Shown in pieces: positions 1-13,333 of a DNA stretch of 64,000 nt. Position 1 is the first letter of the stretch, and each line of letters starts with the position of its first letter. Both the position numbers and the translations under genes were made by a program. The stretch spans positions 1,922,001-1,986,000 of the forward strand of contig CM007991.1 in the NCBI GenBank assembly GCA_002189035.1. Reading direction: 5' to 3'. Source of the stretch: Utricularia gibba (lineage: Eukaryota > Plantae > Magnoliophyta). The notes beneath the pieces are model-generated. The model was not told the origin of the DNA. It ran no database searches and saw only the letters and a program-made list of their open reading frames with translations.

Positions 1-2063
1 AAATTATGATGTTGGACACGTTTCACTAAATATTACATTATCCGTATTATTACCATCATCTTATTTCAAAACATAGCCTTTAATTTATTTCTTCAGGTAA
101 CATATGTTGATAAGGACGTGGCCTATTGCTTTGGTAAAACCCTCTTTTTGTTTCGAGCTCCCACAGAACCATGTTTGTAAAAATCGAATCTTTAGCTTCA
201 CCATATAGTTATTATATTTGCAAAACAAAAAAAAGACTAAAATTCTCATCAGAGTTTGGATTTTTTTTCCCAAGTTGATCGATAGAGTATAGATTCAAAA
301 CTGCAATCATCAAACCGACCGACCGGAAAAATGCACCGGTAGCTACCCCATCTCATTCTCAGACACCCCTAAACTCCTCCATCTGGTATTCGCCTAAGGT
401 TCGAGTTGGACACTCAAGACTAGAATTAGAAACACCAGCACCTTTTTCTTAAACAAGGCGTTTTCACTAACCGGGAGAGGAGTGGGGGGACCAAAGAGAC
501 AGTTAGTTCCAGTCTGTAAGAGTGTACGAGAATGCTATTACGCAAGTAAAAGAGACACTGTTTCTGGGAGGTTAAAAAAATGCATTGGAGCTTGGCTAGG
601 GTTTGGGGAGGACAGGATTAGAGTGTGTGAGTTGGTGCTGTGGAGGTACCTACCAGCAGGAGGCGGCAGGGCACATGCCCAAAATCTGTGGTGCTGTAGT
701 GTTAGGTGGCGTGCTCGCACAGAGACGTGACGGAGCTGAAGTGAGGAGCAGATGTTGTTGGAGGCCGGCCTACCGCTTTGTCCCATAATATTTCTTTAAC
801 TCACCAGCGTTGTAACAGTTCGAGTATCTAGATCAAGCTACTACGCTCTTTAATGTCTGCGATTACTCTCAACCACCCTCCACAGTAGGGTTTTGTTTGT
901 TTAGAATGCATGAATAATGAATCAATCACTCAATCATCTCAGGCCAGATCAGACCCATCTTCTTCCTGCCTGCCTTAACAACTCTCACTGTCTTGTCCGC
1001 ACCAAACCACATCCTCTGTGTCAACAATGGAGCTTTGTCCACACAGCGTTCTGGTCGAAAAAAACACTCCTGATCCACAGTGCGTGACGGAAGATGCTCC
1101 TTTTCCTTGCAGTTCAGGAGGTGGGCACACAGTCTTGCTGGAAAAGACACACAACGAGAACGACTGCATTCCGTGAATAACAGCAGAACCCCACACCCAT
1201 TCACGGCTCGGAGTCGGAGACCTGAACTACTGTGAAAACATCACCTCTTTTTCTACCTTACAAAAGGTGTTTTGGCATGGATCTTTTGACAAAGAATGGC
1301 CACCTCCCATTTATCTCTCATACATTAAAAACAAAATTTTATATATAATATAATTAATTTATTCACATACTCAAAATATATTGACCACTTTTATATTACA
1401 TACTTTTGGTATGGATATTAAGGTATTATTTAGAAAAGTGATCTAGGACCTTTATATTTCATATACTAAGAATAATTTTTTGCACATATAACACACAATT
1501 TTCTCAAATATTCAAAATACAGTGGTCACATTTGTAATACATTTGGGTATTAAATCGGTTAAATTAATTATAACTATATTATAAAAATAAATTTATTATT
1601 TCAATGTAATATTCTAAAGTTCATTATTTTTTTTAATTTTATATCAAAATTATTGAATCAAATTCAAGAAATCATGAATTCAATTCGAATCAAAAGGTGA
1701 AGTAAATGAATGTTGTGTAAATTATTTTTGAAATAAAATTTATAAAAGAAATAATATTTACTCTTAAATTGCATCCAATGCATATTAAAAAATAATCAAT
1801 TCTATTTCATGAACATTTTTTAAAAAATCAAAAATAATTTCAAAAACACAAATTTAATATTTCAAAGGTGCATTAGTGAGAGTGTGTGTAGGGTCATATT
1901 ATTAACACGCTGATTAAAAATTTGATTGGTCCATTTTTCAATAATTTTCTTGGAATGATTGGTGTCCAGCACTAAATGATTGCACTGTTGTAACGGCTTC
2001 ATGTTGTGGAGAAGATTTGGGAGCATTAAATATTTGATTATATTTAAATAAAATAAAGAAGGA

Positions 2064-2103
2064 ATTATTATTATTATTATTATTGTTATTGTTATTGTTA
2101 TTG
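2064..2103. repeat. (TTA)n/(TTG TTA)n microsatellite
   Basis: Read directly: attattattattattattattgttattgttattgttattg. Confidence 0.9.
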
Positions 2104-2895
2104 TGCGGGGAGAAGATATTCTTAAAAAAATAATAGAAAAAAGGAAAATTGAGGACCACACGCGTCAGCCAGTTGGGGAAGGTGGGGCCCAGACTATGGA
2201 GGAGGCGCCACATGGCCACGTCACCTAGCTCAACGACTCTTTTACGGAGGAACGCTTTTACTTTTGCGTGACTTTTACGTTTCAGCCCTTGCTGCCGTTG
2301 TGAACAAGGAATATGGGAACAAACCAAAAATTACAAGGCATGAGTTGAATTGGGGGTAGGGGTGTTTTAGACATTTGGTTTGTGGGCAGGGGGGTAAAGT
2401 GGGCTCTGGTCCTGGTCAATGCTCGTCGTGTTCGTGAAAATCAATGCGGGAGCTCAATAGCGATCGCTAGCCCAGCTTTTTGGGTTGGACAGCGAGTGAC
2501 CGTTTGAACGCTGTTCGCCTTTCAGATTTCCGAGCGGATTTTGTGTGCTCCGGTGTAGGATTTCAATAGCGTTCTTTTTCTGCATTACGAGCAATTGTAT
2601 TGTTGCTATACTTTCATTTTGGTTTTCAGAATGTAGATTTAAGGTGTGTGTGTTCTGTTAATTGTTGATGATATTGTAGATTTAAGGTCTCTGAGGCCAA
2701 CGTTGTTTGACGTAATTACTGGTTTATGCATCCTGCTATTTTTAGCGGGAATTTGACTTGAGTGCAACTTTGTTTTTATCAGATTGGGCTTGAGTTATAC
2801 AGATAATTATACACCGGTTTCGGTGCTTATCTAGTCTTGGGAAGAACAACCGTAAGTGACTAGACGAAGAGTGATGGAATGATTTGGACTGTGAA

Positions 2896-3420
2896 ATGCA
2901 GAATGGAGCAGAGTCAACTGCTCCACTAGGGACCTTGATTGGTTGAAAACTGAGAATTGACATGTTAGAAAGAAAAGCTAGCAATAAAATATGGGCAAGC
3001 TGCGTGGCTAAGAGTCAAGCTCTTTCCAAGGCATTGGTAGCAGGGTTTGTGACAACTGACATTGAGTTTTAGCAGCTTGGAAGGTTAATGTCTGATTTGA
3101 AATAAGTATCTTAAGACACAACAAAACACTACCATGGATTTTTTGGAGGAGCCTATTTTTTTCTGATGTTGATGGCAGGTGAGACTTCAGGAACCACTGT
3201 TAAATTTGTTGTGATAGATGGCTGGACGGTTATGTTTTCATCAGTGGGAGATTCACGTTACATACTTGACACTCAAGGAGGGGATGTTTCTCTCAACAGT
3301 TGCCCCTCGGATGGAGGAGAATATTGAAGAAGGACGTGTAACTGCAAGAGGAGGTGAAGTAGGAAGACTAAATGTTTTCATTTGGCTGCCCGCTGGCCCT
3401 CTGCCAGAATTGTGCGAGTC
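2896..3420 (+). pseudogene. Unprocessed pseudogene of a protein phosphatase 2C (At1g09160/At1g47380/At1g68410-like group)
   Basis: Manual translation gives collinear PP2C fragments: MQNGAESTAPLGTLIG*KLR (TGA 2944-2946), KYGQAA, QALSKALVAGFVTTDIEF*Q (TAG 3070-3072), an intron ending at AG 3177-3178, GETSGTTVKFVVIDGWTVMFSSVGDSRYILDTQGGDVSL, a frameshift, then EENIEEGRVTARGGEVGRLNVF. The DGHNG block and the C-terminal half are missing. Confidence 0.85.
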
Positions 3421-3799
3421 GTGAGTTTGGTAGTTATTTTTAGGGATCGAGAGCTTTTTTGGGTCTCTCGTTCCTGAATATCAGAAATGCTTCTTTATTG
3501 CATCTGCTTATCATTTGGTAGTTCTGAAACCACGGAATTGTTATCCTAGCTCATTTCATTCAGACAAGGAGTGCACAAGTTTCCATGATGGTTTGATGGA
3601 TCTGTTCAACGTTCTTTAAGAAAATGTCGGACTGATGCATCTAACGAATGAAAAATTACTATCAGAATGTCAGTAGCTACCAAGAAACAGCACAAAGGAA
3701 AGAATTTTCAACGAAGTGTGAGTTCCTTGGCTCAAAGGGATGTATAACATAGCTACATCTACACAGACAGGATGAAACATGGCGTACAAAGGTTTTCTT

Positions 3800-6700
3800 T
3801 CATCTTTGACCCTGATCAGGGGCATGGTTGGCGGAAGCGGATGAAGAACCGGGTCTTCCATTTACGAGTCCGTTATCCGACGGAGGAGATGCACCCCACT
3901 TGTTATCCGATTCCAGAGGTTCTATCACTTTCACAGACCCATCGGACAACCCAACTGCAAACTGGTTAGGCTCCTGAGGATGCGCCGCCATCACCACTGG
4001 GTACACAGGTTGCCCCCTGAAATATGGCGAAGGTGAAAGTTAGGGATGAACTGGAAGTTGGTAAAAAACATGACAACATAGCAGAGGTATTCTCACCCGC
4101 TTAATACGGCCTGTGACAAGTATGCGGATGGTGCAATTCGACATCTTAGTCGGAGGGTATCCGCATCAAAGACTCCGATATTACCATCACAGAAGGAAGC
4201 GAAAACAAGCTGACTGTTGCAAGAGTACGCTACACCTGATATAGGTGCAGGAAGGGGCTCTTGGGGCACCCACTACAGCAGAAAGAACACATCCGTCAGA
4301 CTAACTAAATGAAAAGGCAGAAGAAGAAAGCTCATATGTTGGAGAGGTACCTGACGTATGCGCTCCATCTTTGAGGCATCGTATATTGATATTTGTGTTT
4401 CATGAGAAACAAGCAAGCGAACTTGATCAGAATGAAACTGCACGCGAGTGTCACCACTAGGCGCTTTACCAGGAGGAAGTTGAATTGGCACCATCTTTCG
4501 CTTATCCCATGTGTCTATACTCCAGATGCAAAGCTACAAAAGAAAAAAAAAAAAGATTAGCTAAGCACATAACTGGGGTCATCGGTTCCTTTCAGGAAAA
4601 GCCTTACTTGAGCATCAGCGCCAGAGGAAACCAATATATTAAGGTTAGTTGAAAAGGCCAATCCGGTAATGCGCTTCTGATGACCTTTTAGTTTTGACTT
4701 CACCTGTTGTTGACCAGAAGATGAGTTATCAGATCGTAAAGATGCAAGCATGATCCAACAGGAGAAATGCATACCTCATCGACTCGGACATTGTATATGT
4801 GAATAGTTGAATCCTCCATCCCAATTGCTATTATATTGTTGTCTTGTGGGTGGAACGCCAAAAAAGTGGATGCTGGTGGTGGGGGCATGAATGTAGTCAT
4901 GACCTTCAAAAGAAGGAAGTCAGTGATACGAGGATTGCCACACCAACATTTTGTAGCATAGAATGCATACCTTAAACGTCATCATGTTGAACAACGAGAC
5001 CTTTCCTCCTGCCGCTGACATTACATAAGAGTCATTCTTTGAGAGTGCAATGCATGGAACTGCTTCTTCAAGGTTGACACCCGATATGTCGTTGGTCATA
5101 AGAAGACCGCTGTTTGGTTGCCAATGTTGCGGAGCAGCATTGGCAGTGACCTTCAAAAAAATGAAGTGTAAAAAAGGACAGTTCAAAAGCCAAGAAGTTG
5201 CATACAGGCCCACATGTAAGGTTTCTTGCATTTCTCTTGTTACCTTTCCACTTGGATTTTGCTCATTGCGGACCCATTTCCACAGCTTCTGGACACCATT
5301 TGATCCAAGAGCCAATATTCCAACTCCAGAATTTGTATAAAGAAGCCGAGCAACCTTGGGATGGGCAAGATACTTAGATATGGGCGGACAAAAGATGACA
5401 TAGATGTTACTGATGTACCTTATTACTACCATCGGCGCTGTCCGGCATTGTGACTGAAAGGCAATGAGAAGGGTCCACGATTTCAGCTAATTGCCAAGGC
5501 TTCATTTTGTCACTACCATCCTCCATAGCTCTGACTTTCTCCAAGCTTCTACTCATGGATTCGACACCATTCTGGATAAAAAAAGAGTATCAAAAGTATA
5601 GGTCAGAATGAAGTTATAACTTGAGAAGGTGAAGAAAAAGATGGTATTCAAAATAATAAACCACCAGGTAGCTGGATATCAAATTTATCATTCATGTAAA
5701 ATCATAGGAATAAGAGAGATGAAAGGCATAGCATACCAGGGTCGCAGAAGGTCGGACGGGGGAGGATCTTTCTACTTTACAACTTATAGGGGTAACATTT
5801 ACTACACTAGCCCCAGAAACCTGTTCAATGCCAGACCAAAAAAGTGTCAAAGTAATACAACGTCAGAGCTACAGAACAGTTGAATGATATGTAGAGCATA
5901 CAACCTTAACACCTGCAGCTTCCAGAGGGGATCTCAATGCTTCGAAAGTCTGGGGTTCAACTGCTCGCAAGGATCTCATGCCACTTGCATTTGCCAAGAT
6001 CTTGATTCCATTGTCTGCAGTTGTAACGGCCAGCAAATTGCCTTCTTTATTGAATCTCAACCGTGGAAGATTCTGAAACCAAAATTGAATTCAGTTCAAA
6101 TTCTGGCCAAAGAAAAAATCTAATAAGGAACTCAGCCAAGATCTTGAATCCATTGTCTTCTTGATAATTTAAGTAGTCCTGACTAACCGGAAGACCGCCA
6201 TCTGCATCAGTGGTTGTCAGTACATTGACAGTATCCATCTCCCAGAATTTTATCTGGCCATCTTCGCCCACGGCCAAAAAGTGATTTTGAGTTGTATCAA
6301 AATGCACAACACCAGCTGATTTCTTTCTGAACCCCAAGTAAGTTCTCTTTATTGCGCCTTCACTTTCATTCCATTCCACAAGAAAAGAGTCTCCATCTTT
6401 TCCTGTTCCACAGGAGAAGAGCCTGAAAGAAACGGAACAGGCATTCAGGCATGACGTCCTTAGATTTCTAAGAACATACACAATTTTACCTGCTTCCATC
6501 TGCACTGTACAACATTGTGGTGCACCCATGTCCAGGAGCATCATAATCAACTCTTGATCCCACATTATCATAAAGCCAAGCTTTGATTTTCCCATCCATG
6601 GCAGTTGAGAATATGAACTGCAGATAGAAATGCAAAGCATCAACAATCAAATATTTTCCCAAAGAATTTGAGATCCTCAAAATAAAAATACACTCCTGGA

Positions 6701-9700
6701 ACTTTTTTTTTTACTAATCCCAAAAAAAAAAGAGAGCATGCCACTGGAGCCAAACCTCACTTTTTCTCTTCGGGATACAAAGAAGCATATTAAAAAAGTT
6801 ATGGCCCTTAAAAGCCATGCAAATATAGACCCAAAAAAACTGCCGCAATACCTGAATATTCTCTTTCTGATGAGGACATATTGAATAAACAGGTGCTTCA
6901 TGCCCTTCAAAGTTGAATAGTTTCCTCCCTTTCAAATCCCAAACCTGTCTCAAATTTCTCCATCAGATTCCCTGTTGCAACACCTGAATAACTTCAAAAG
7001 ATGACTAGTAAAATTCTTCTCACTTTAATCAACTTGTCGTCCCCACATGTAACAACACAGAGTTGTTTATTAGGATGGGCAAATGCGATGTCACTCACTG
7101 CACCAATATGGGCATCGATCTGCATAAAAAAAATCAATAGTATTTAGTTCAAATTTAATATTGACATCAACAAGCTGAAATTAAAATATACCTCCAAATG
7201 TGGGCGCAAATCATTGGCCCCATATACTGATATAGATGAACTAAATGCTTTGAAAAAGCAGCACCTGCAACATGAAATTGTTTCATAAAATAACTCGATG
7301 ATAATATTTAACATATCAAATCCCAAGGGTCAACTTACCACAAAATGATCCATCTGGACTCCATGTAACACGAGTAACTGAAAAAGGAGCTTCCTTGGCA
7401 ACAGAAGTCTGCTTAAAGCATCATAATGTGAGGATTTGCAACAAATATATGAAAGGAGAACTCAGGTAGACTCCTTGCCATACAAGAATGCATCAAATTC
7501 ATCACAGGCAATGAGTTTGATAAGCACCAGAAATTAGAATGCGCATTCAGCAAGCTACATGAAGCTGTGAGAGGCTAGAAACCTGGAATTGCACAGTGCA
7601 AGCTTGGATTTCCCAAATCTTAAATGTCTTAGAACTCAACTTCTCCCTCAGCGCAGCCTCCCATAGAGTTACATCCCCATTACTGCAGCCCACTGTTATG
7701 ACAGAAAAATCATTTACAATTACATATAAATATACACAAAGGACATACATAGAGATTACAACATCACAGCTCAGGGAAACATAATACCGAGGAGCAGAGT
7801 ATGAAGTGAAGGGTGAAAATCAAGGCTTGACACAGAAGATCCCTGATGCAATGTGGAAGCTAGATTTCTCGGCAAGTCATCTAGGCTCCAGGATGCCTGC
7901 TGACGAAGGTTTGGATATGTAACCTGAATTGAAAAGAGAAACACAATTTAGCTATTAGGTGTCTTGCATCTGAATCATTAAGGGACCTCAGATATATTGA
8001 ATATTACCTCCTCCTGGGATGGTCGCAAACGCTTCATCAAGTGGTCATGATCAGCATTCTGATACTCAACCACGCCCAACGTTGCTGGAGGAGTGAGTGG
8101 CCTCTTAAAAATTGAAACTGTTCAAATTGAAAAGTAGTCATCAATAGTAAGCAACCAATTCAACCTATTCAAAAAAAATTCACAAGATCTCATTCCTCAT
8201 TCATCAAGCAACTTCTTTAAAATCAGTAGGAAGTTTCAGCTTGTCAAAAAAAAAAAACATTTTAGTATCGGCATAAGTACTCACCTTGATTAGGCGGGAG
8301 GGGTAACGAAGATGCAGTGACAACCGATGCTTGCACAGCTGATGATGCAGCAGCAGCATTTGCCATCCAACCAGCAAAAGCATTTGCATTTGCCGCAGCA
8401 GCAGTGGGTGGGAAGGGCTGCTAGCAACAAAGAAGGCGTGCAAACAATTTACGGACTTTCTCATCCCATGTCATGGACATAACAGATCCATGAAGATGCA
8501 ATTTTACAGCTGAGGATAAGAATAGTAATGTACCCCATGAGCTCCAAGAGCTGTATATGCAGCAGGTTTTGCCACTGCACCTGTTGGAAGATTAACAGGA
8601 GTAGGTGGGAGTGCTCCATTTGGAGGGGAACACGTGTGATCAGTAAATAACGTCTTAATATCCGGATTTGACCTAGGGTTCTTGCACAGCTGATGTTGCC
8701 AATTCAGACTGGAGTTAATAAATACGGTCAGCTCAACGGTGATGCAGCATAAGTTTAAACACTAGAAAATTTCAAAATGAACTTCCAAATATTAAAATAA
8801 AAAAAAAAAAAACTTAGAGAGGCGGGTATAGGGGCTGAAAGGACACTCAAGGCCGAGGGGCAACAATTTATAAAAAGAAAAACAGGAAGTATCCATTGCA
8901 AATGCGCTGTGTACCTCTGATTGATAAGGGTTCTCAATCTGGACGACTTTAATGTAGGAAAAACAAGCTTCTCCCGGAAAAGGGGATTTGCTTCAATTAG
9001 CTTCTTGAGTTCAATCAACATAATGCTACGGGCTGTCTTCGTGTCACCATATCTAGAAAGCTGTTCATTTTCCCTGTTCATAAAATTGATGAGTGTTCGC
9101 CAAACATTGTGAAACCAAAATATCTTCCGCATCGAACAATAAGCTGAATTTTAACTAACACCCTCCAATAGTAAAACAAAACCATAATTCTAATGACACA
9201 CCACGGGGGTAAACTAAATTACCTACTTTCAAGTGAAGCATGTTGTACCTGAAGTTTGCAAGTGTTAAGAGCTGCGTAATTTCCTTGTATAGATCTTCAT
9301 TGAATGTTGAAAATACTTTTAAGTCGCCGACCAGAATTTCAACTGCTTTGGCTTTGTCTGGCCTGATGACCCAGTTGATGTGAGTACCAACATAATAGAA
9401 CAGGTTGACAAAGAGTGGGAGTGCCCCCCCCCCCCCCCCAAAAAAAAAATATTTACAGGAAAACATTTTAAATAAACAACTTTCAGATTACCGATCAAGA
9501 GCTTCAAGATACTTCTGCTTTCTTATTTCAAAAAAAATCTTCATGGAATATCTATTGTCATCAACCTTGGTAAAGCCAGACAGATACTTCTCCACTTCCT
9601 CCCATTCACCTGCATGCACTTTTTCCTCGAAATATTTCATGTTGAAGAAAAAGCCCGATTCTTGCTCAAGCCTGAAACAATGCACATAGCCAATGTTTAA

Positions 9701-10248
9701 CTGCGGAAGAGACGTGTCTTGGCTTCTACCTCATGATCTTCTCCCACAAAGTGAGAACACACAATTTTTATGAAGCAACACAGAGTTCCATCTCATTTTT
9801 GTGCTAGAAACATTACCACAAGACTTCGATAAATACTTTGAATTAACGTTGCCATCAAACTACACCTTCTACTCCAGCACATCGCCCAGTGTATAATTAC
9901 CACAGACGCATCACAGTAAAAACTTGCAGCAATTATTATATACAAATTCCTAGCCTCGTATTATAATCCCAACCACCAAGCGAATCTCTAACTTGAAAAG
10001 TCAACCTTTCTCACCCCCTTCACAGCCCTTTCAATCAGAAACGTCCAATCACATACCAAATAAAGAAATCTACCCGACGAACGGCAAAAAATGAAGGGAA
10101 AAAACAGAAGATCAAGAACCCAAAAAAATTTAAGCTAAAAACAATTAAAAAAAGTATTAATGACGTACTTGTGCACAGACTCCTTAAATTTCTCCTCCTC
10201 CAAGAACTGAAGAATCAAGAACACCAATTCCCTGCTCAAAGACGACAT
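3800..10248 (-). CDS. TPR: TOPLESS-related transcriptional co-repressor (LisH/CTLH + WD40), TPR2/TPR3 type, multi-exon
   Basis: ATG 10248 gives MSSLSRELVFLILQFLEEEKFKESVHK, then LEQESGFFFNMKYFEE, PTLKSSRLRTLINQSLNWQHQLCKNPR and WD40 exons ending NHAPDQGQR* (TGA 3800-3802). GT-AG junctions were traced manually. One -1 frameshift at the C4 run 7218-7221. Confidence 0.96.
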
Positions 10249-10497
10249 TTTCACCACCGATTCAACAGATCAAACTCCCAAACATAAATCCCAGGCTCCA
10301 CCGACGCTCCTCCGCCTCAAAACTTGTAATCCCTTCAAGGGTTTCTCCCAAAAGCGGCTGTTTCTCGATGGAAAAGTAGATAGACACACGCAGACAGCGA
10401 GAACTTTTGTTGTATCCTGTTTTCCACAACTTTTTCTTAGATCAACAACTCTCGCTTGCTCTCTATAAAAGACCTATATATACACGAGGCGTACGTA

Positions 10498-10521
10498 TAG
10501 AGAGAGAGAAAGAGAGAGAGG
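10498..10521. repeat. (GA)n tract near the presumed TPR transcription start
   Basis: agagagagagaaagagagagag read directly. Confidence 0.75.
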
Positions 10522-11679
10522 AGGAAAAGTAGAATTAGAGGCGGTAATGGTGGTGGTGGTCTCGCAATCCTCGATGCGTTTTGCAGGAGTCTATCTTTTT
10601 CTTCCCACTGATCTTATCACAGATACGCCGACCAACTTATTACAAGACCTCGACAAACGATCATGATAAGCGCAATGGCTTATTGGGAAGCTATCATAGC
10701 GTGAGGTGGAGGAAGAGACGGGTGGCGGTTGGCGGAATCCAAAAAGGACTATAAATTAGAGTTGAATGTTGAGCTTTGAGTTACGACGCCATGGGGTCCA
10801 CAAATTGCTGTCACGTCCGTCCAAGTTTACCGCGCGTGGTATATGTTGTCTGCCAGCTCACGTGAAAAAACAAAACATAAAATAAAAATAAAAGGGCAAA
10901 TTTGGTATTCACAAAATAGTTAGGGTGTTTTTCTAAATCTCAAATATTATACTACATCCAATCCCCATTATAAAATTCGGATGTTTCATAAAAAAAATAC
11001 CTCAATAATAATAATACCCTTGAATTCGGAAAGATATTGAATCGGACCGTATTTTTCTGAAATATTTTCCGTCAATGCTTTTTTATATTATAACATTGGG
11101 CATGTATACATAGTAAAAAAAAAAAGAAACATTTCGACCCCTACCCTATTTTAACATATTCAAGTAAGAATAACATGGTTGCCAAAACGATTGGTTCTGG
11201 GCCTGGCAGGAAGCCCACGGCACGAATTTGTCAACGTTTTCCACGTGTCTTTTTTCAGTGAGTGGACAGAATTCCCGATCCTCCCATAGGGTGGATCCAT
11301 CCATATCCACTTGCCTCCTCTGGTCGAAGCGTCGGCGTCTATTAATTTCAAATTCAAAAAATCGTTTATTTCGTATTTAAAACCAAAATTTCAATGGAAT
11401 TTAAAATGTTAAGAAAAAAAAAATATCATTTAAACTCCATTTTTTAATTTTTATTATTTTTAAATAATAATAATATTATTATTTATGGGTTATTGCATTG
11501 ATGACATTGTCCCGGTTAGGGAATTTTTGGGCTTTGTAAGAAGAGTATTTCATTTTGGGGCGTCGGGTGGGGTCCTACGTCGTCTATTCACAAGTTTCCG
11601 AGTATGCTGATGTGGACGCCGTTGGGCGATCATGAAAAAGTGGCTACCAACCAACTGATTGAATGCCTTCACCTGCAGT

Positions 11680-12263
11680 TCACCTTCCGGGCGTTGGATT
11701 TCCGCCCCCGGTGGTTGTCGGGGGCGCCACAGCGGCGGAGCACTTGGCCACCGCGCGTACGTTTTCGATCAGCGCCTGTGTCCGCGCCTCGTGGGAGAGA
11801 ATCTCGGACAGCTCGTCTGGGGTGATCACCAGTCTCACTTTCCACACTTCTCCCGCGCCGCCTCCGCCGCGCCGCCATCTAGGAAGGTTGTCGGAGGCGG
11901 CGGTCTCGGATCCTCCCTTCAGCGACGCGGAGGAGCAGGTACCGTCCGCGGAGGACATCCGGTAGGGCGTAGTGGTCCCTGGTGTTGAAACGCGTCGGTG
12001 GCGGCGTCGGTGGTGGGTAGGAGGTAGTAGAATTGACCAGGGCGGAGGCGTTGGTGGTCGAGAAGCGGAGGCGAGAGAGGCTTGGCAGAAAGGTACAGCG
12101 CGTGGCCAGGGAATTCGTCGGTGATGCAGGCGGCGGTGATCGGCGCGTAGAGCTCCATGACACCCCCGTTGGAGGTCACCACCTTCACCATATCCTCCAC
12201 CATCCCGCCTCCGCACCCCTCGTCCTCCGGTGACAATCTCTTCAGCATGCAGCAGTTCCCCAT
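11680..12263 (-). CDS. PADRE / DUF4228 family protein, intronless
   Basis: MGNC N-terminus (ATG 12263), VKVVTSNGGVMELYAPITAACITDEFPGH and GQFYYLLP. After a -1 shift at 12015-12017 it continues TPYRMS...VWKVRLVITPDELSEILSHEARTQALIENVRAVAKC. Confidence 0.88.
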
Positions 12264-13079
12264 TCGACTCGCAGAGTATTTTCTTTCGATGCGTAAGCAG
12301 AATCTATATATATATATAGAGAGAGAGAGAGAGTTAAGATAAGCCTTCCTTATTACACCATTTTTGTTACGTGTTATTTTATTCCTCACATTAAAGCTAT
12401 GTGTGTGTTAGTAAGCGGTTGAAAAGGTGAATTCCGCCCACATGAAGCCCGGACGAGACGTTCACCCACCCGACGCGGGAGAGACGGACACGTGATACGC
12501 GGGAATAGAAGCACCACCGATTCCCTCCTCGCGACTTAAAGGCGGTTCCCATGTCCGTGTCGACGTGTCCCGCCAGGGCAGAATCCAAGCTATCATTCAT
12601 TTAACTCTTATTAATATTTATCACATGCGACAACGTTTCTGCATCCGAATTCATCGAAACGTAACAATAACATATGCAATCTCACTTTCAGCCAAATGCG
12701 TATAGGCACGTGATCATTGTCTCCTTCCTTCTCTTTCCAATTTCCATCTCTGCTAAAATAAATGAATATTAGAATACCGTGGGCCCCACTGTCGGCCGCC
12801 CCCTGGCTGACACCGCCATCCAAAAATTATATATATGTGGTTCCGGCTTCGTGGGCCTCCTACGGGTAGGCCCATGAGGGAAAAAACCTTGGCGCTGCAC
12901 TTGTCGTCTTGTGGGTGGAGAAGGGTATTTTCGTAACTAGAGTGGAATGCTTTCATTCTTCGTGTGCGCCTTCTATATTTAGAGGTTACTTACACAAGCG
13001 TGTTACCTAGAGTCTAGACGATAAGGATTGGGTACTTACGTTATTTGGAATCCTTCTAATTACAGGCGTCTTAAGTTGT

Positions 13080-13200
13080 CCACACGTCAGCGCCCCTCCC
13101 GATGCGGCCACGTGGATTTCCCTGACACGTGGAGGCATCTCTATCCTTGGGCCTTGCGTTCTTATCTACGTGCAGTTCTCAGCCCATCCACGTCATCACG
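13080..13200 (+). promoter_or_regulatory. Cluster of ACGT-core bZIP sites (G-box CCACGTGG, ABRE-like GACACGTGG, hybrid CACGTCA) upstream of the DRM-like locus
   Basis: Five ACGT cores in about 120 bp, followed by a TATAA-like motif near 13237. Function is inferred. Confidence 0.55.
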
Positions 13201-13333
13201 GATCTGATCCAACGGCTACGATCTCGTCTTCATCCCATATAATGGCTCGGCGTCTGTCCACTCTTCTCGGGAGTAGTTCTTGGACTGCGATTCCTTTGCT
13301 AGCCTGCGATAGTTCGGTAACCGTTAGCTGATT

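Noticed and set aside
660-682. GCAGGGCACATGC resembles the 3' part of miR164
   Set aside because: The 5' seed region mismatches and no complementary star arm or hairpin was found nearby.
1862-2327. 99-aa and 129-aa ORFs with poly-I / poly-N tracts
   Set aside because: Products of the TTA microsatellite and AT-rich DNA, with non-ATG starts and no family motifs.
2632-2688. 14-bp direct repeat tgtagatttaaggt and a TGATGA...CTGA pair suggesting a C/D snoRNA
   Set aside because: The boxes are only about 30 nt apart, too short for a snoRNA. The repeat is a minor local duplication in AT-rich leader DNA.
8330-8696. 15-nt identity cttgcacagctgatg in two TPR exons
   Set aside because: It is read in different frames (HQLCK vs SAVQA) within conserved coding sequence; probably coincidence.
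10890-11025. Possible MITE terminal inverted repeats (aagggcaaatttggtatt / aataccctt)
   Set aside because: The match is too short and imperfect, and no target-site duplication is evident.
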